A DNA stretch of 64,000 nt. It comes from Rhodothermales bacterium. Lineage in GTDB: Bacteria > Bacteroidota > Rhodothermia > Rhodothermales > VXPQ01. The stretch lies in the NCBI GenBank assembly GCA_040904565.1, contig JBBDTI010000031.1:9766-73765 (forward strand), read 5' to 3'. Numbering within the stretch: position 1 is the stretch's first letter; every line of letters begins with the position of its first letter. The position numbers and the translations under genes were made by a program. Below the pieces are notes generated by a model. It ran no database searches and was not told the DNA's origin. It saw only the letters and a list, made by a program, of their open reading frames with translations. Of this stretch, positions 1 through 9,163 are shown one piece after another.

Positions 1-527
1 GTTTCGCGCGTGTCGCGGAAGAGGTGGAAATGGGCCTCCGAGTCCCACTCCCACTCAAAGGATGGATCGGTCGAAGGCTCCAGCTGGTCCCAGCTGCGGC
101 TCCGAAGTTGAGCATCGAGATATTCGTCAGACGAACGGTACCTGGCCACGTTCAGATAGAAGTCCCGACTCCTGTCGGTCCCTTCGACGCCGGCGTGCGT
201 GGCGGCCAGCGTCTGGTAGCTTTGAACCAGGTGTGCGCGATGCCGGATGGTGCCGAGCAGTCCGGCCCAGAGTCCGGCATCCGCCACGGCGAATACGGAT
301 CCCCACGCATCCCAGTCGCCTCCATGCACGTACCGGTGTCCGAGCCCGGGTACGACCAGGCTCAGTGCCAGCGCCTTTCTGGAAGATGGGGCGTCGAGGG
401 CGGCGTCGATCGCACCGGCGGACTGCGCCGCGGCCGTCGACGTACCGAGGAAAGACGGACTCGAAGCTGTCAGCAACACGGCGAAGAGGGCCGTGAACAA
501 AGCGACGACGGAACGGGTGTACTTCAT
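1..527 (-). CDS. hypothetical exported/membrane-associated protein (3' end cut by window edge)
   Basis: Not in the supplied track because it runs off the left edge. Hand translation of the minus strand from ATG at 527 gives MKYTRSVVALFTALFAVLLTASSPSFLGTSTAAAQSAGAIDAALDAPSS...SLVVPGLGHRYVHGGDWDAWGSVFAVADAGLWAGLLGTIRH...SFEWEWDSEAHFHLFRDTRE, with no stop down to base 1. It has a signal-peptide-like N-terminus. Confidence 0.5.
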   Translation of the reverse strand, partial: MKYTRSVVALFTALFAVLLTASSPSFLGTSTAAAQSAGAIDAALDAPSSRKALALSLVVPGLGHRYVHGGDWDAWGSVFAVADAGLWAGLLGTIRHRAHLVQSYQTLAATHAGVEGTDRSRDFYLNVARYRSSDEYLDAQLRSRSWDQLEPSTDPSFEWEWDSEAHFHLFRDTRE

Positions 528-564
528 CCGAAGCGGCAAGCGACCGGAAAGAGGGGCGAGCAAG

Positions 565-1239
565 ATGGACTTCGAGCTTTACCACGGGCACGATTGGGAT
601 GTTTCGACGGCGGAAGCGGTCGAGATCCAGCGTGCGCTCGCCGAACGTCTTCGATTCGAGTCCCTCGCGGTGAAGCCGGAGACGCTCGCCGGCGTCGACG
701 TGAGTTTTCGGCGTCTGGGATATAAGGAGTACGCGGCCCGGTGTGGCGTGGTCGTACTCTCGTTTCCGGAGCTGGAGCAGGTCGACTCGGCACGGTGGAG
801 CGGACGCGTGACGTTTCCGTACGTCCCGGGCCTGCTCAGCTTTCGCGAACTGCCGGCGGTACTTAATACGCTGGATGGACTGAGCGTCCGCCCCGACGTC
901 ATCATGACGGATGGACACGGGTACGCCCATCCGCGGCGGATGGGACTGGCGTGCCATCTGGGCCTGGCCCTCAACCTGCCGACCTTCGGCGTGGCCAAGA
1001 GCCGCCTCACGGGCACGCACGTCGAACCGGGCGGGGAGAAGGGGTCTACGACGCCTCTGCTCGACGGCGGAGAGGTGATCGGGATGGTCGTTCGCACGCG
1101 GACCGACGTGAACCCCGTCTTCGTCAGCGCCGGACATCTCATCACGCTGGAAGAGGCCGTCGATCTGGCGATCGCCGCGGCGCCGAGGTACAAGATTCCG
1201 GAGCCCACCCGAGCGGCACACCGCCTGAGCCGAGCATGA
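565..1239 (+). CDS. nfi: endonuclease V (deoxyinosine 3' endonuclease)
   Basis: This is the C-terminal 224 aa of ORF 247..1239, starting at the ATG at 565 (MDFELYHGHDWDVS...). Motifs typical of Nfi are present: AGVDVSF, FPYVPGLLSFRE, DGHGYAHPRRMGLACHLG, FGVAKS. The upstream part of the ORF is low-complexity and overlaps the divergent gene. Confidence 0.9.
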   Translation: MDFELYHGHDWDVSTAEAVEIQRALAERLRFESLAVKPETLAGVDVSFRRLGYKEYAARCGVVVLSFPELEQVDSARWSGRVTFPYVPGLLSFRELPAVLNTLDGLSVRPDVIMTDGHGYAHPRRMGLACHLGLALNLPTFGVAKSRLTGTHVEPGGEKGSTTPLLDGGEVIGMVVRTRTDVNPVFVSAGHLITLEEAVDLAIAAAPRYKIPEPTRAAHRLSRA

Positions 1240-1370
1240 AGATACCTTGAAAGTGTACTTGAGCCGACGCACGGTCCTCGTTACATTATCACGGCGCGGT
1301 CTGGTTCGGTGCCCCGGCCAATACGAATGGTCTCGCGCACGTCATTCCCGGAATTTAATCTGAGACGATC

Positions 1371-2255
1371 ATGTACAGAGTACTCGCAGCTATTCTCGTT
1401 CTTTTCCTGGCCGCTCCGGCGGTCCACGCGCAGCCGGCCGATCCGCCGCGCGTGATCATCTTCGGTGCGCATCCGGATGATGCGGAGCTGTCCGCGGGTG
1501 GCGTCGCCACGCTGTGGGCCCGAGAAGGTGCTTCCGTGAAAACCGTCGCGATGACGAACGGCGACGCCGGGCACTTTTCGCAGGGAGGTGGACCGCTCGC
1601 CCAGCGCAGAGCGGCCGAAGTGTCGGAGTGCGCGGACATCTTCGGGGCCACGAGCGAGGTGTACGACATCCACGACGGCGAGCTGATGCCGACGCTCGAG
1701 AACCGGCGGAAGGTCGTTCGGAGTATTCGCGAGTGGAACGCGGATATCGTGATCGGTCACCGTCGGTGGGACTATCACGCGGATCACCGGTACGTCGGTG
1801 AACTGGTCGAGGATGCCGCCGTGCTCGTCGTGGCGCCCTTTTTCGAGCCGCTTACGCCGGGTCTGGATCGGAACCCCATCATCCTCCACGACTCCGATAA
1901 TTTCGAAAAGCCGTATCCGTTCCAGCCGGACATCGTCGTGAGCATCGATGCTTCGGCCGAGGCCAAGTGGGACTGCATCCGGGCGATGCCCTCACAGATG
2001 GCAGATGCGGATTCGTGGCAGGGACGCTATCTCCCCGGTGTGCCGGACGACCAGGAGGGACGGGCGGAGTTCATTCTCAATCACATCCGCCAGCGCACGG
2101 CCGCCGTGGCCGATAAGCACCGCGACCGGCTCATCGAGCTCTACGGGGAAGAGGAAGGAAGCTCGGTCGTCTACGCGGAGGCGTTCGAAATTTGCCAGTA
2201 CGGCCGCCAGCCGTCGATGGAGGAGCTGCGGAGGCTCTTTCCCACGTTCGACTGA
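1371..2255 (+). CDS. PIG-L/LmbE family deacetylase, secreted
   Basis: Signal peptide MYRVLAAILVLFLAAPAVHAQ, followed by the PIG-L signature VIIFGAHPDDAELSAGG and HxDH-type histidines (YHADHR). Confidence 0.85.
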   Translation: MYRVLAAILVLFLAAPAVHAQPADPPRVIIFGAHPDDAELSAGGVATLWAREGASVKTVAMTNGDAGHFSQGGGPLAQRRAAEVSECADIFGATSEVYDIHDGELMPTLENRRKVVRSIREWNADIVIGHRRWDYHADHRYVGELVEDAAVLVVAPFFEPLTPGLDRNPIILHDSDNFEKPYPFQPDIVVSIDASAEAKWDCIRAMPSQMADADSWQGRYLPGVPDDQEGRAEFILNHIRQRTAAVADKHRDRLIELYGEEEGSSVVYAEAFEICQYGRQPSMEELRRLFPTFD

Positions 2256-2276
2256 CTCGGTGCCGAGGTCGGTCCG

Positions 2277-4736
2277 TCAGTACGTAAGCCGCAGCCGCAC
2301 GTTGAACGTGCGCGGGGTAAGGCGCGTCGGGATCCGTTCCCAGATGCCGGATCCGTTGGGTACCCAGGTGTACGCGACCGTATTGGTCATGTCGAAGACG
2401 TTCAGCACCTCGGCCGTCAGCTCGAGTTCGAGGAGGTCCTCGAATTCGATTCCTTTCGTGACGCCCATGTCGACCCTTCGATATTCCGGGTACCGCGCGG
2501 AGTGACGGTCGCCCGGCACCTGCGAGACGAATGCCCCGACCTGCTGCCCGGGAACGGGAGGCGTATAGGGCAGCCCGCTTCCGAAGAGCGCACGCAGGTG
2601 TACCTTCCACGTAGGATCGCGCGGAACGTAGTCCTGCACGAAAAGCGAGACCGTGTGACGCTGGTCGGATGGACGAGGAATCGTTCCGTTCGTTTCCTCC
2701 GTCCGGTAGGCAGGCAGAAATCGCTCTACGGCGTCGAGGTAGCTGTAATTGACCCAGCTTTCCAGACCGGGAACGAGCTCCCCGCGCAGGCGGACGTCCA
2801 GTCCGTATGCCCGGCCCTCCGAATCATTCTCGCCCGAATAGGTGACGCGTACGTTCTGGATGTCGTACGAGATGAGCGGGTCGAGGTGCTTGTAGTACGC
2901 TTCCGCGCGTAGATACAGCCGCCTGGACGGGATGAAATATTCTCCCCCGACGGCGTACTGGATGGCGCGCTGGGAGCGGATGTCGCGATTCAACGAACCG
3001 CGAATCGACTCGCCTGGCTCGGGGCGTCCTCGCAGCTCGCGGTACGTGGGCGCCTGATAGTAATATCCCCAGCCCGCCGTCAAAGATAGCTGATCGGAGG
3101 CGCCGTACCGTGCCGAGACGCGGGGAGCGACCGTCCATTCGTCATTAAACGAAAAATGGTCCGCTCGGAGTCCGGCCGCGACCGAAATATCGCCAACGGA
3201 CAGGTCATCCTGGAGGTAGAAGCCGGACTGCACGGCGGAGAGCCTCGCAGCGTCCGAGAGGCTGTCGACGACGATCCGAACGCGCTCTCCGTCGGCGTTC
3301 TTTCCGGCGAGCGCCGTACGCTCGTCGATCCGGTCGGCAAAGGAGAGTCCGCGTACGTGCCAGCCGCCTTCAAGTACGTGATCGCCGCGGAAGAATGTGT
3401 AACGGCCCCGCGCCGTCCAGGAATCGACCTCGACCCGGTTGTCGGCGAACTCGGCTTGCGAGGCATTGCCGATCGGGAGATGCCCCGTACCCGTATTCGG
3501 ATTGCCCGCTGCCGGGTCCACGCGGAAGATGATGGCCGTCCCGCCGATGTCGAATCGCTCGTGTTCTACGGTGCCGAAATAGGCGAGGTCGTGTTCGGTT
3601 CGGATGGCCGGACTGAGGCGGTTGGACAACCGCACGCCTGTGAAGCTCGTGCGATACCCGTCGTTCTCGGTGCCGTCGTAGCGGATCCAGAAGGAACGGA
3701 GGTCGGATGCGCCGCCCGGACTCGGGCTCACGATGCCGAAGTAGGTCTTCCGGCTCTGCGGCTGTAGCCGAAAAGTATGATCGGCATAGATGCCCAGCGC
3801 CAGCACGTCGTGTCCGGGCGCGATCCGATAGGCTAGCAAACCCTGTACGTCGGTGTAGTCCGGTTGATAGGTTCCCTCGAGCTCCTGCGTGCTGAAGAAG
3901 TGCCGCGCACGTGCTTTACGGAGTCCCACGTTCCAGCCGAAGCGTCCCCCGTTGACCGATCCGCGGTTCGTGAGGCTCGCATCCAGCAGAGAAAGCGATG
4001 CCGAACCTCGCATCGGCTCGCCGTCCGGCCGATCGTATCGCGTCTCCAGCGCCGACGACAACTTCCCGCCATACCGGGCCGGGAAGCCGCCCGTGTACAG
4101 GGTCAGGCGGTCCACCAGCTCGGGATTCAGCAGGCCGAGGCCTTCCTGCTCACCCTGTCTCGGGCGAAACGGCATGTGTACCTCGAAGCCGTTGATAAAA
4201 ATGAGGTTCTCGTTGAAGCCGCCGCCGCGGACCGAGTACTGGTTGGAGAGTTCGTTGTTGACGGCGACGCCGGGGAGGACGGCCAGCGATTGAAAGCCTT
4301 TAAAGGGGGAGGGCACGTCCAGCATCTCTCGAGGCGAAAGATCGTAGGCGCCGGGGTTGGACGGTATGGCCGTTTCTTCCACGGTCAGCTCGTCCATTTC
4401 GTACGTGGAAGGCAATAGCAGGACGTACGCGGTGGTCGTCTCGCCGGCGCGGACGGCGACCTGGCGGACGGCGGCGTCGAAGCCGACGGAGGAAAACCGG
4501 AGATCGTAGGAGGCCGCCGGCAATCGAACCGTGTAGGTGCCGTCCGCTTCCGTGGCCGTTCCGAAGTCGGTTCCGTCCACGACGACGCTCACGGCCGGGA
4601 CGGGACCTCCGGTCTCTGCGTCCGTCACCTGCCCGGTAACGGTGCCCCATGACTGTCCGACAGCCGCCGGGGTCGTTGCCCAGGTGATGGCCCCGACGAA
4701 AACGGCTGCCCGGAGGAGCGCGACGTAGACGCGCAT
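2277..4736 (-). CDS. TonB-dependent outer-membrane receptor with N-terminal carboxypeptidase-regulatory-like domain
   Basis: ORF 2277..5132. The plausible start is the ATG at 4736 (MRVYVALLRAAVFVGAITWATTPAAVGQ signal). A CarboxypepD_reg-like segment (GTVTGQVTDAETGGPVPAVSVVVDGTDFGTATEADGTYTV) is followed by a plug-like region and a long beta-barrel ending ...FNVRLRLTY with a terminal aromatic residue. Confidence 0.85.
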   Translation of the reverse strand: MRVYVALLRAAVFVGAITWATTPAAVGQSWGTVTGQVTDAETGGPVPAVSVVVDGTDFGTATEADGTYTVRLPAASYDLRFSSVGFDAAVRQVAVRAGETTTAYVLLLPSTYEMDELTVEETAIPSNPGAYDLSPREMLDVPSPFKGFQSLAVLPGVAVNNELSNQYSVRGGGFNENLIFINGFEVHMPFRPRQGEQEGLGLLNPELVDRLTLYTGGFPARYGGKLSSALETRYDRPDGEPMRGSASLSLLDASLTNRGSVNGGRFGWNVGLRKARARHFFSTQELEGTYQPDYTDVQGLLAYRIAPGHDVLALGIYADHTFRLQPQSRKTYFGIVSPSPGGASDLRSFWIRYDGTENDGYRTSFTGVRLSNRLSPAIRTEHDLAYFGTVEHERFDIGGTAIIFRVDPAAGNPNTGTGHLPIGNASQAEFADNRVEVDSWTARGRYTFFRGDHVLEGGWHVRGLSFADRIDERTALAGKNADGERVRIVVDSLSDAARLSAVQSGFYLQDDLSVGDISVAAGLRADHFSFNDEWTVAPRVSARYGASDQLSLTAGWGYYYQAPTYRELRGRPEPGESIRGSLNRDIRSQRAIQYAVGGEYFIPSRRLYLRAEAYYKHLDPLISYDIQNVRVTYSGENDSEGRAYGLDVRLRGELVPGLESWVNYSYLDAVERFLPAYRTEETNGTIPRPSDQRHTVSLFVQDYVPRDPTWKVHLRALFGSGLPYTPPVPGQQVGAFVSQVPGDRHSARYPEYRRVDMGVTKGIEFEDLLELELTAEVLNVFDMTNTVAYTWVPNGSGIWERIPTRLTPRTFNVRLRLTY

Positions 4737-4914
4737 GGAGAAACTACGCTCGGTTCGAGAAAACGGCGGAATACGTAGTATCGGTGGGTCCAGGCGGTGT
4801 CGGAGCGATGAGAGGAATGGTTGCGATGCGGATCCTGCACCGTTGAAAACGACGATGGTTGGGCCGCGTTCCAGCCGACCGGGGGCGCACGAATGGCGCA
4901 GCGTACGGCAGGCG

Positions 4915-5580
4915 CTACAGCCGGCCGGTCGCTTCCAGGGCCAGCAGCACGATGAAGGGTACGGCGAGGCCGAACACCATACCGGCCCACACCTCGCCGG
5001 GCGTGTGGGCATTCGAGCGAAGACGCGCCCACATGACAGCGCCGACGAGGCCGGCTGCCGCGAGGCCGGTGGCAGCGAGTCCAGCAGCGGGTACGACGGA
5101 CGAGGGGGGCGGCACGGTACGCGAGGCGGCATACAGGAGCATCGTCACGAATCCGGTAATGCTGGCGGCATGAAGGGAGATCTTCCATCGAAGATTGATG
5201 ATCGCCATCAGAGCCGTCCCCCCGCACAGGAGTCCGGCCAGGGCCAGGACGATCGGTCGTGCGGTCTGGACCGTCATGTCGACCACGAAGAAAGCGGCCA
5301 GCGTGCCCGCGAACCCGACGGCATATGGCAGGCGGCGCGCCTTTCGATCGAACAACTCGATGGACGCCGCCCGGCCCGTACGGAGCAGCACGAAGAGCAA
5401 GGCTAGCGGGAGTCCGGTGAAAAACATCGCCGCGATTCCGGCGACGAGTCCGATCTCGGCGGGAGGAGCATCGTAAAGGGCCAGGACGGATGCAAACAGC
5501 AGGGGAGGAAGCACGAGCGGGTTGACGACGTAGGCAATCGCACGCGCGAGTCGATCCGCAGTATGCACGCGGGCTGCCAT
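4915..5580 (-). CDS. polytopic membrane protein, PAP2-like phosphatase motifs
   Basis: 221 aa with about 6 hydrophobic segments. WKISLHAAS and R-x5-H-x3-E (ARLRSNAHTPGEV) resemble PAP2 motifs C2/C3. The family call is tentative. Confidence 0.55.
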   Translation of the reverse strand: MAARVHTADRLARAIAYVVNPLVLPPLLFASVLALYDAPPAEIGLVAGIAAMFFTGLPLALLFVLLRTGRAASIELFDRKARRLPYAVGFAGTLAAFFVVDMTVQTARPIVLALAGLLCGGTALMAIINLRWKISLHAASITGFVTMLLYAASRTVPPPSSVVPAAGLAATGLAAAGLVGAVMWARLRSNAHTPGEVWAGMVFGLAVPFIVLLALEATGRL

Positions 5581-5581
5581 C

Positions 5582-7060
5582 CTAGTACGACCGAGCGAAT
5601 ACGACGCGTCCCTTCGAGGGCTTGCCGGTCAGCATGTCGACGCCCTCTTCGTGCGTCGACTCCTCGAGGGGGATTAACCGGATGGTCGCCTTCGTCTCGT
5701 CCTTGATGCGCGCCTCGGTTTCATCGGTACCGTCCCAGTGCGCCTTGACGAAACCGCCCTCCTCGTCGAGCACCTTCTTAAAGTCCTCGTACGAATCCAC
5801 GCTGTGCGTGTGGGCCTCGCGGAAGTCCAGTGCCGCTTCATAGAGTGCACGCTGGATCGTGTCGAGGGTGTCTTTGATGCGCGTCGTCAGACCGTCCTGC
5901 GGTACGATCTCTTTCGACTTCGTATCGCGCCGCGCCAGCTCCACGTTGTTGTTCTTGATGTCTCGCGGGCCGATTGCCAGACGGATGGGCACGCCCTGGA
6001 CTTCATACTCGTTGAACTTCCATCCCGGACGCTGCGCCTCGGAGGCGTCGAGCTTCACGCGGATGTCCTGTTCCTGCAGGTCACGCTCGATAGCTTCAGC
6101 GCGTTCGAGAACGGCGGTACGTTCCTCGTCATTCCGGTAGATCGGAACGATGACGACCTGCGTGGGAGCGAGTCGGGGAGGCAGCACGAGGCCCTGATCG
6201 TCGGAGTGCGTCATGATCAGCGCCCCGATGAGTCGCGTAGAGACGCCCCACGACGTCGCCCACACGTATTCCAGCTCGTTATTGCGATTCTGGAACTGAC
6301 AGTCGAATGCTTTGGCGAAATTCTGGCCGAGGAAGTGACTCGTTCCCGCCTGGAGGGCCTTGCCGTCCTGCATCAAGGCCTCGATGCAGTACGTATCGAC
6401 GGCCCCGGCGAAGCGCTCGCTCGCCGTCTTGATGCCACGGATGACCGGCATCGCCATATACTCTTCCGCGAATGTTGCATACACATCCAGCATTCGGCGC
6501 GTCTCTTCGACGGCCTCTTCTTTCGTTTCGTGGGCCGTATGCCCCTCCTGCCAGAGGAACTCCATCGTGCGGAGAAACATCCTCGTCCGCATCTCCCAGC
6601 GAACGACGTTGGCCCACTGGTTCAGCAGGATGGGCAGGTCGCGCCACGACTGGATCCAGTTCTTGTACGCATCCCAGATGATGGTTTCGCTGGTCGGTCG
6701 TACGATGAGATTCTCCTCCAGCTTCGATTCGGGGTCGGGGATCAGCCCACCGCCGTCCGGGTCCGTCGTCAGCCGTGAATGGGTCACGATGGCGCATTCC
6801 TTCGCAAATCCCTCCACGTGCTCCGCTTCGCGGGCCAGGAAGGACTGTGGAATAAACAGGGGGAAATAGGCGTTCTGGTGGCCGGTCTCCTTGAACATCC
6901 CGTCGAGCGCGTCCCGCATGTTCTCCCAGAGTGCATACCCGTTAGGGCGGATGACCATGCAACCACGGACGGGCGAATAATCCGCCAGCTTGGCGTGCTG
7001 CACGACGTCCAGGTACCACTGAGAGTAATCCTGCTCGCGCTTCGTAATAACGTCGGCCAT
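5582..7060 (-). CDS. proS: proline--tRNA ligase (archaeal/eukaryote-like type)
   Basis: ORF 5582..7111. The start is taken at ATG 7060 ([46 protein letters not shown]...). Class II motifs are present, together with the C-terminal domain ending ...GRVVFARSY that is typical of this ProRS type. Confidence 0.95.
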   Translation of the reverse strand: MADVITKREQDYSQWYLDVVQHAKLADYSPVRGCMVIRPNGYALWENMRDALDGMFKETGHQNAYFPLFIPQSFLAREAEHVEGFAKECAIVTHSRLTTDPDGGGLIPDPESKLEENLIVRPTSETIIWDAYKNWIQSWRDLPILLNQWANVVRWEMRTRMFLRTMEFLWQEGHTAHETKEEAVEETRRMLDVYATFAEEYMAMPVIRGIKTASERFAGAVDTYCIEALMQDGKALQAGTSHFLGQNFAKAFDCQFQNRNNELEYVWATSWGVSTRLIGALIMTHSDDQGLVLPPRLAPTQVVIVPIYRNDEERTAVLERAEAIERDLQEQDIRVKLDASEAQRPGWKFNEYEVQGVPIRLAIGPRDIKNNNVELARRDTKSKEIVPQDGLTTRIKDTLDTIQRALYEAALDFREAHTHSVDSYEDFKKVLDEEGGFVKAHWDGTDETEARIKDETKATIRLIPLEESTHEEGVDMLTGKPSKGRVVFARSY

Positions 7061-7201
7061 AGTATACAGTCGGTGATGTCTTTCAGATACAAAACGGGAT
7101 GAAAATCGCACGTACCGACGGCCTTCAGGAGGAATGGCCGTTCGGTCCGATGTTTGTACGTCTTATCGGTAAGCGCGGTAACGAGGCCTGTACGACGGCG
7201 C

Positions 7202-7228
7202 AAAAGGGTCCGGAAGGTCCGGCGACCC
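7202..7228 (-). terminator. terminator-like hairpin plus U-run in the proS upstream leader (possible attenuator)
   Basis: The minus strand reads GGGU-CG-CCGGA-CCU-UCCGG-ACCC followed by UUUUG. It lies about 145-170 nt upstream of the proS ATG, and no upstream co-oriented gene exists for it to terminate. Confidence 0.35.
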
Positions 7229-7511
7229 CCGCCGCTCGTCACAGGGTATCTTTGAGCAGGCGCACCATTCGTTCTTTAACAGGGCGAGCAATATATTCTG
7301 TCGGACGCGTTCCGTTCACGTTACGGCGTTGAAGCATCCATTAAGATGCCGCGGAGGCGATTGGGCGCAGCCCGACGGGACGAAACGGCCGAAACGGTAC
7401 GGTTGGCACGAACAGGGCAATCCCGGCCGTCCCGAGGTCGTCCCGCGGCACTTTGCGCGTGCCGAGCAGTACATGATTCATGATGAGGCTGACAATTAAC
7501 CGCCTGGAGCC

Positions 7512-9002
7512 ATGGAACGATCCTATTCAGTGGTAGCACGAGCATCTCGCACGACGACGCTCCCGGCGCTCATCGCGTCCGCCTTTCTTGTTTTGCTGCT
7601 TACCGGGTGTTACACCCAGCTGGCCACGGTGGATCGCGGCCCCGACCACGTCGAGGTCGTTCAGGACGGCGAAGAGACGATTGTAACCGAGCACTACTAC
7701 AGTGATCGGTATCTCTATCAGCGACCGTACAGCTACAGCCGCTACTTCGATCGGTTTCACTACGGCTTCTACGATCCGTGGGATCCGTACTCCTACCGTT
7801 ATCGGGATCCGTTCTACTACGATCCCTGGCATTTCAATCCGCACCGCGGGAGCTTCTTCAGCGTTTCGTTCGGGTTCGGATGGGGATATCCGTCCTATAA
7901 TTATTACGACCCGTTCCATTACCGGCCGTACGGGTATTATCCGAGTTATGCGCACGTGACCTACCCGTACTATGGAGGATGGCGATACGATTATCCCGGT
8001 ACCATCAGGCCGCGGGGAAGTGCGTGGCAGCCGCGTGGCGCGACGATGGGGCGCGATGGGTTGACGACCATAGGCCGGGGATCGAGCGTCGGCGGTGGTC
8101 GGTCGTCCGACGGACGCGGAAGCATGGGGCGTGATGCACTGAGCAATTCGCCGGGTACCGATGCGCGCGACGTGCGGCGCGGCGTAGCTCGGGACGCCGG
8201 CGGCTCGTCCGCCGGAACAGGTACGACCTCTCGTACGAATACGGCAAGAGAGACGTCGCGCGATGCATCGAGCAGCGGTACGCGCGGTACGGTCGGGCGC
8301 AGTTCGGATACGCAGCGCGGCAGCACGGCTCGCGGGACCACGCGCGACACCGGTTCGGAGGCCCGTGGGTCTACGGTGACGCGTACGCCGAGCACGCGAG
8401 GCAGCGTGGGTACGACGCCCAGCCGTTCCGGTTCGTCGGGTACGACGCGCAGTTCGGGTACGACCCGCAGCAGCGGCTCGTCGGGTACGACGCGCAGTTC
8501 CGGTACGACGCGCAGCTCTGGGAGCAGCGATAGTCGAGGCACGTCTCGTACGTCGACGAATCGCTCCAGCAGTTCGAGTGTGGGCTCGTCGGCTCCGGGT
8601 GCCCGGAGTACCGGGGTTCCAAATCGAGACGCCGAGCGGTCACCTTATACCCGGACGCGAAGCGGAACGGTGGACCGCTCCGGTTCGTCGGTAGCGCCGC
8701 GACCGACCTCGCCGAATACCGGCGCGTCGAGCACGGATGGTCGGAGGTACACCCCTTCGACCCGTTCGTCGAGCGGCTCATACGATCGCAGCCGATCCTC
8801 GACCACGCGTAGCACGCCGTCGCGTACGGTCCGCTCGCAGCCGAGTCCGCGGTCGGCACCCTCCTATTCCGCACCCCGCTCCAGCGGGAGCAGCGTTCGA
8901 AGCGCTCCGTCGCGGAGCAGCTCGCGCGGAAGCAGTGTCCGCTCCTCGCCGTCGCGCTCCTCTTCACGCAGCACCGGCAGCTCGAGTCGCAGCCGCGACT
9001 GA
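7512..9002 (+). CDS. lipoprotein with aromatic/Pro/Asp-rich module and ~330-aa Arg/Ser/Thr/Gly-rich disordered tail
   Basis: ATG at 7512 is preceded by GGAG. The lipobox is LLLTGC. A Y/F/W/P/D-rich block (YYDPWHFNPHRG..., YNYYDPFHYRPYGYYPSY) is followed by a long RS/T/G low-complexity region that contains tandem repeats. Confidence 0.7.
   Translation: MERSYSVVARASRTTTLPALIASAFLVLLLTGCYTQLATVDRGPDHVEVVQDGEETIVTEHYYSDRYLYQRPYSYSRYFDRFHYGFYDPWDPYSYRYRDPFYYDPWHFNPHRGSFFSVSFGFGWGYPSYNYYDPFHYRPYGYYPSYAHVTYPYYGGWRYDYPGTIRPRGSAWQPRGATMGRDGLTTIGRGSSVGGGRSSDGRGSMGRDALSNSPGTDARDVRRGVARDAGGSSAGTGTTSRTNTARETSRDASSSGTRGTVGRSSDTQRGSTARGTTRDTGSEARGSTVTRTPSTRGSVGTTPSRSGSSGTTRSSGTTRSSGSSGTTRSSGTTRSSGSSDSRGTSRTSTNRSSSSSVGSSAPGARSTGVPNRDAERSPYTRTRSGTVDRSGSSVAPRPTSPNTGASSTDGRRYTPSTRSSSGSYDRSRSSTTRSTPSRTVRSQPSPRSAPSYSAPRSSGSSVRSAPSRSSSRGSSVRSSPSRSSSRSTGSSSRSRD
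8430..8519 (+). repeat. in-frame tandem repeat, 45 nt x2 (GSSGTTRSSGTTRSS x2)
   Basis: ggttcgtcgggtacgacgcgcagttcgggtacgacccgcagcagc is followed by a near-identical copy ggctcgtcgggtacgacgcgcagttccggtacgacgcgcagctct. Each unit contains a GGTACGACNCGCAG subrepeat. Confidence 0.8.
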
Positions 9003-9163
9003 GCGACCGCGTTCGTCGTCGGAAATTCTAACTACGACAGGTATATGGGAGCCGGGTGTTTTGGCCCGTGCATGAGCGCGGGCCTTTCTTATGCCCGGGT
9101 TACGGGCGACAACGTTTATATAACCCGTTTGAACACAACGACATAGATCCTACGTATAGACCG

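Noticed and set aside
127-1272. 381-aa minus-strand ORF overlapping nfi, and similar antisense or alternative-frame ORFs through proS, dnaX, the bat genes and others
   Set aside because: The translations are Arg/Pro/Gly-rich junk, and the opposite or other frame encodes recognisable proteins (Nfi, ProRS, DnaX and so on).
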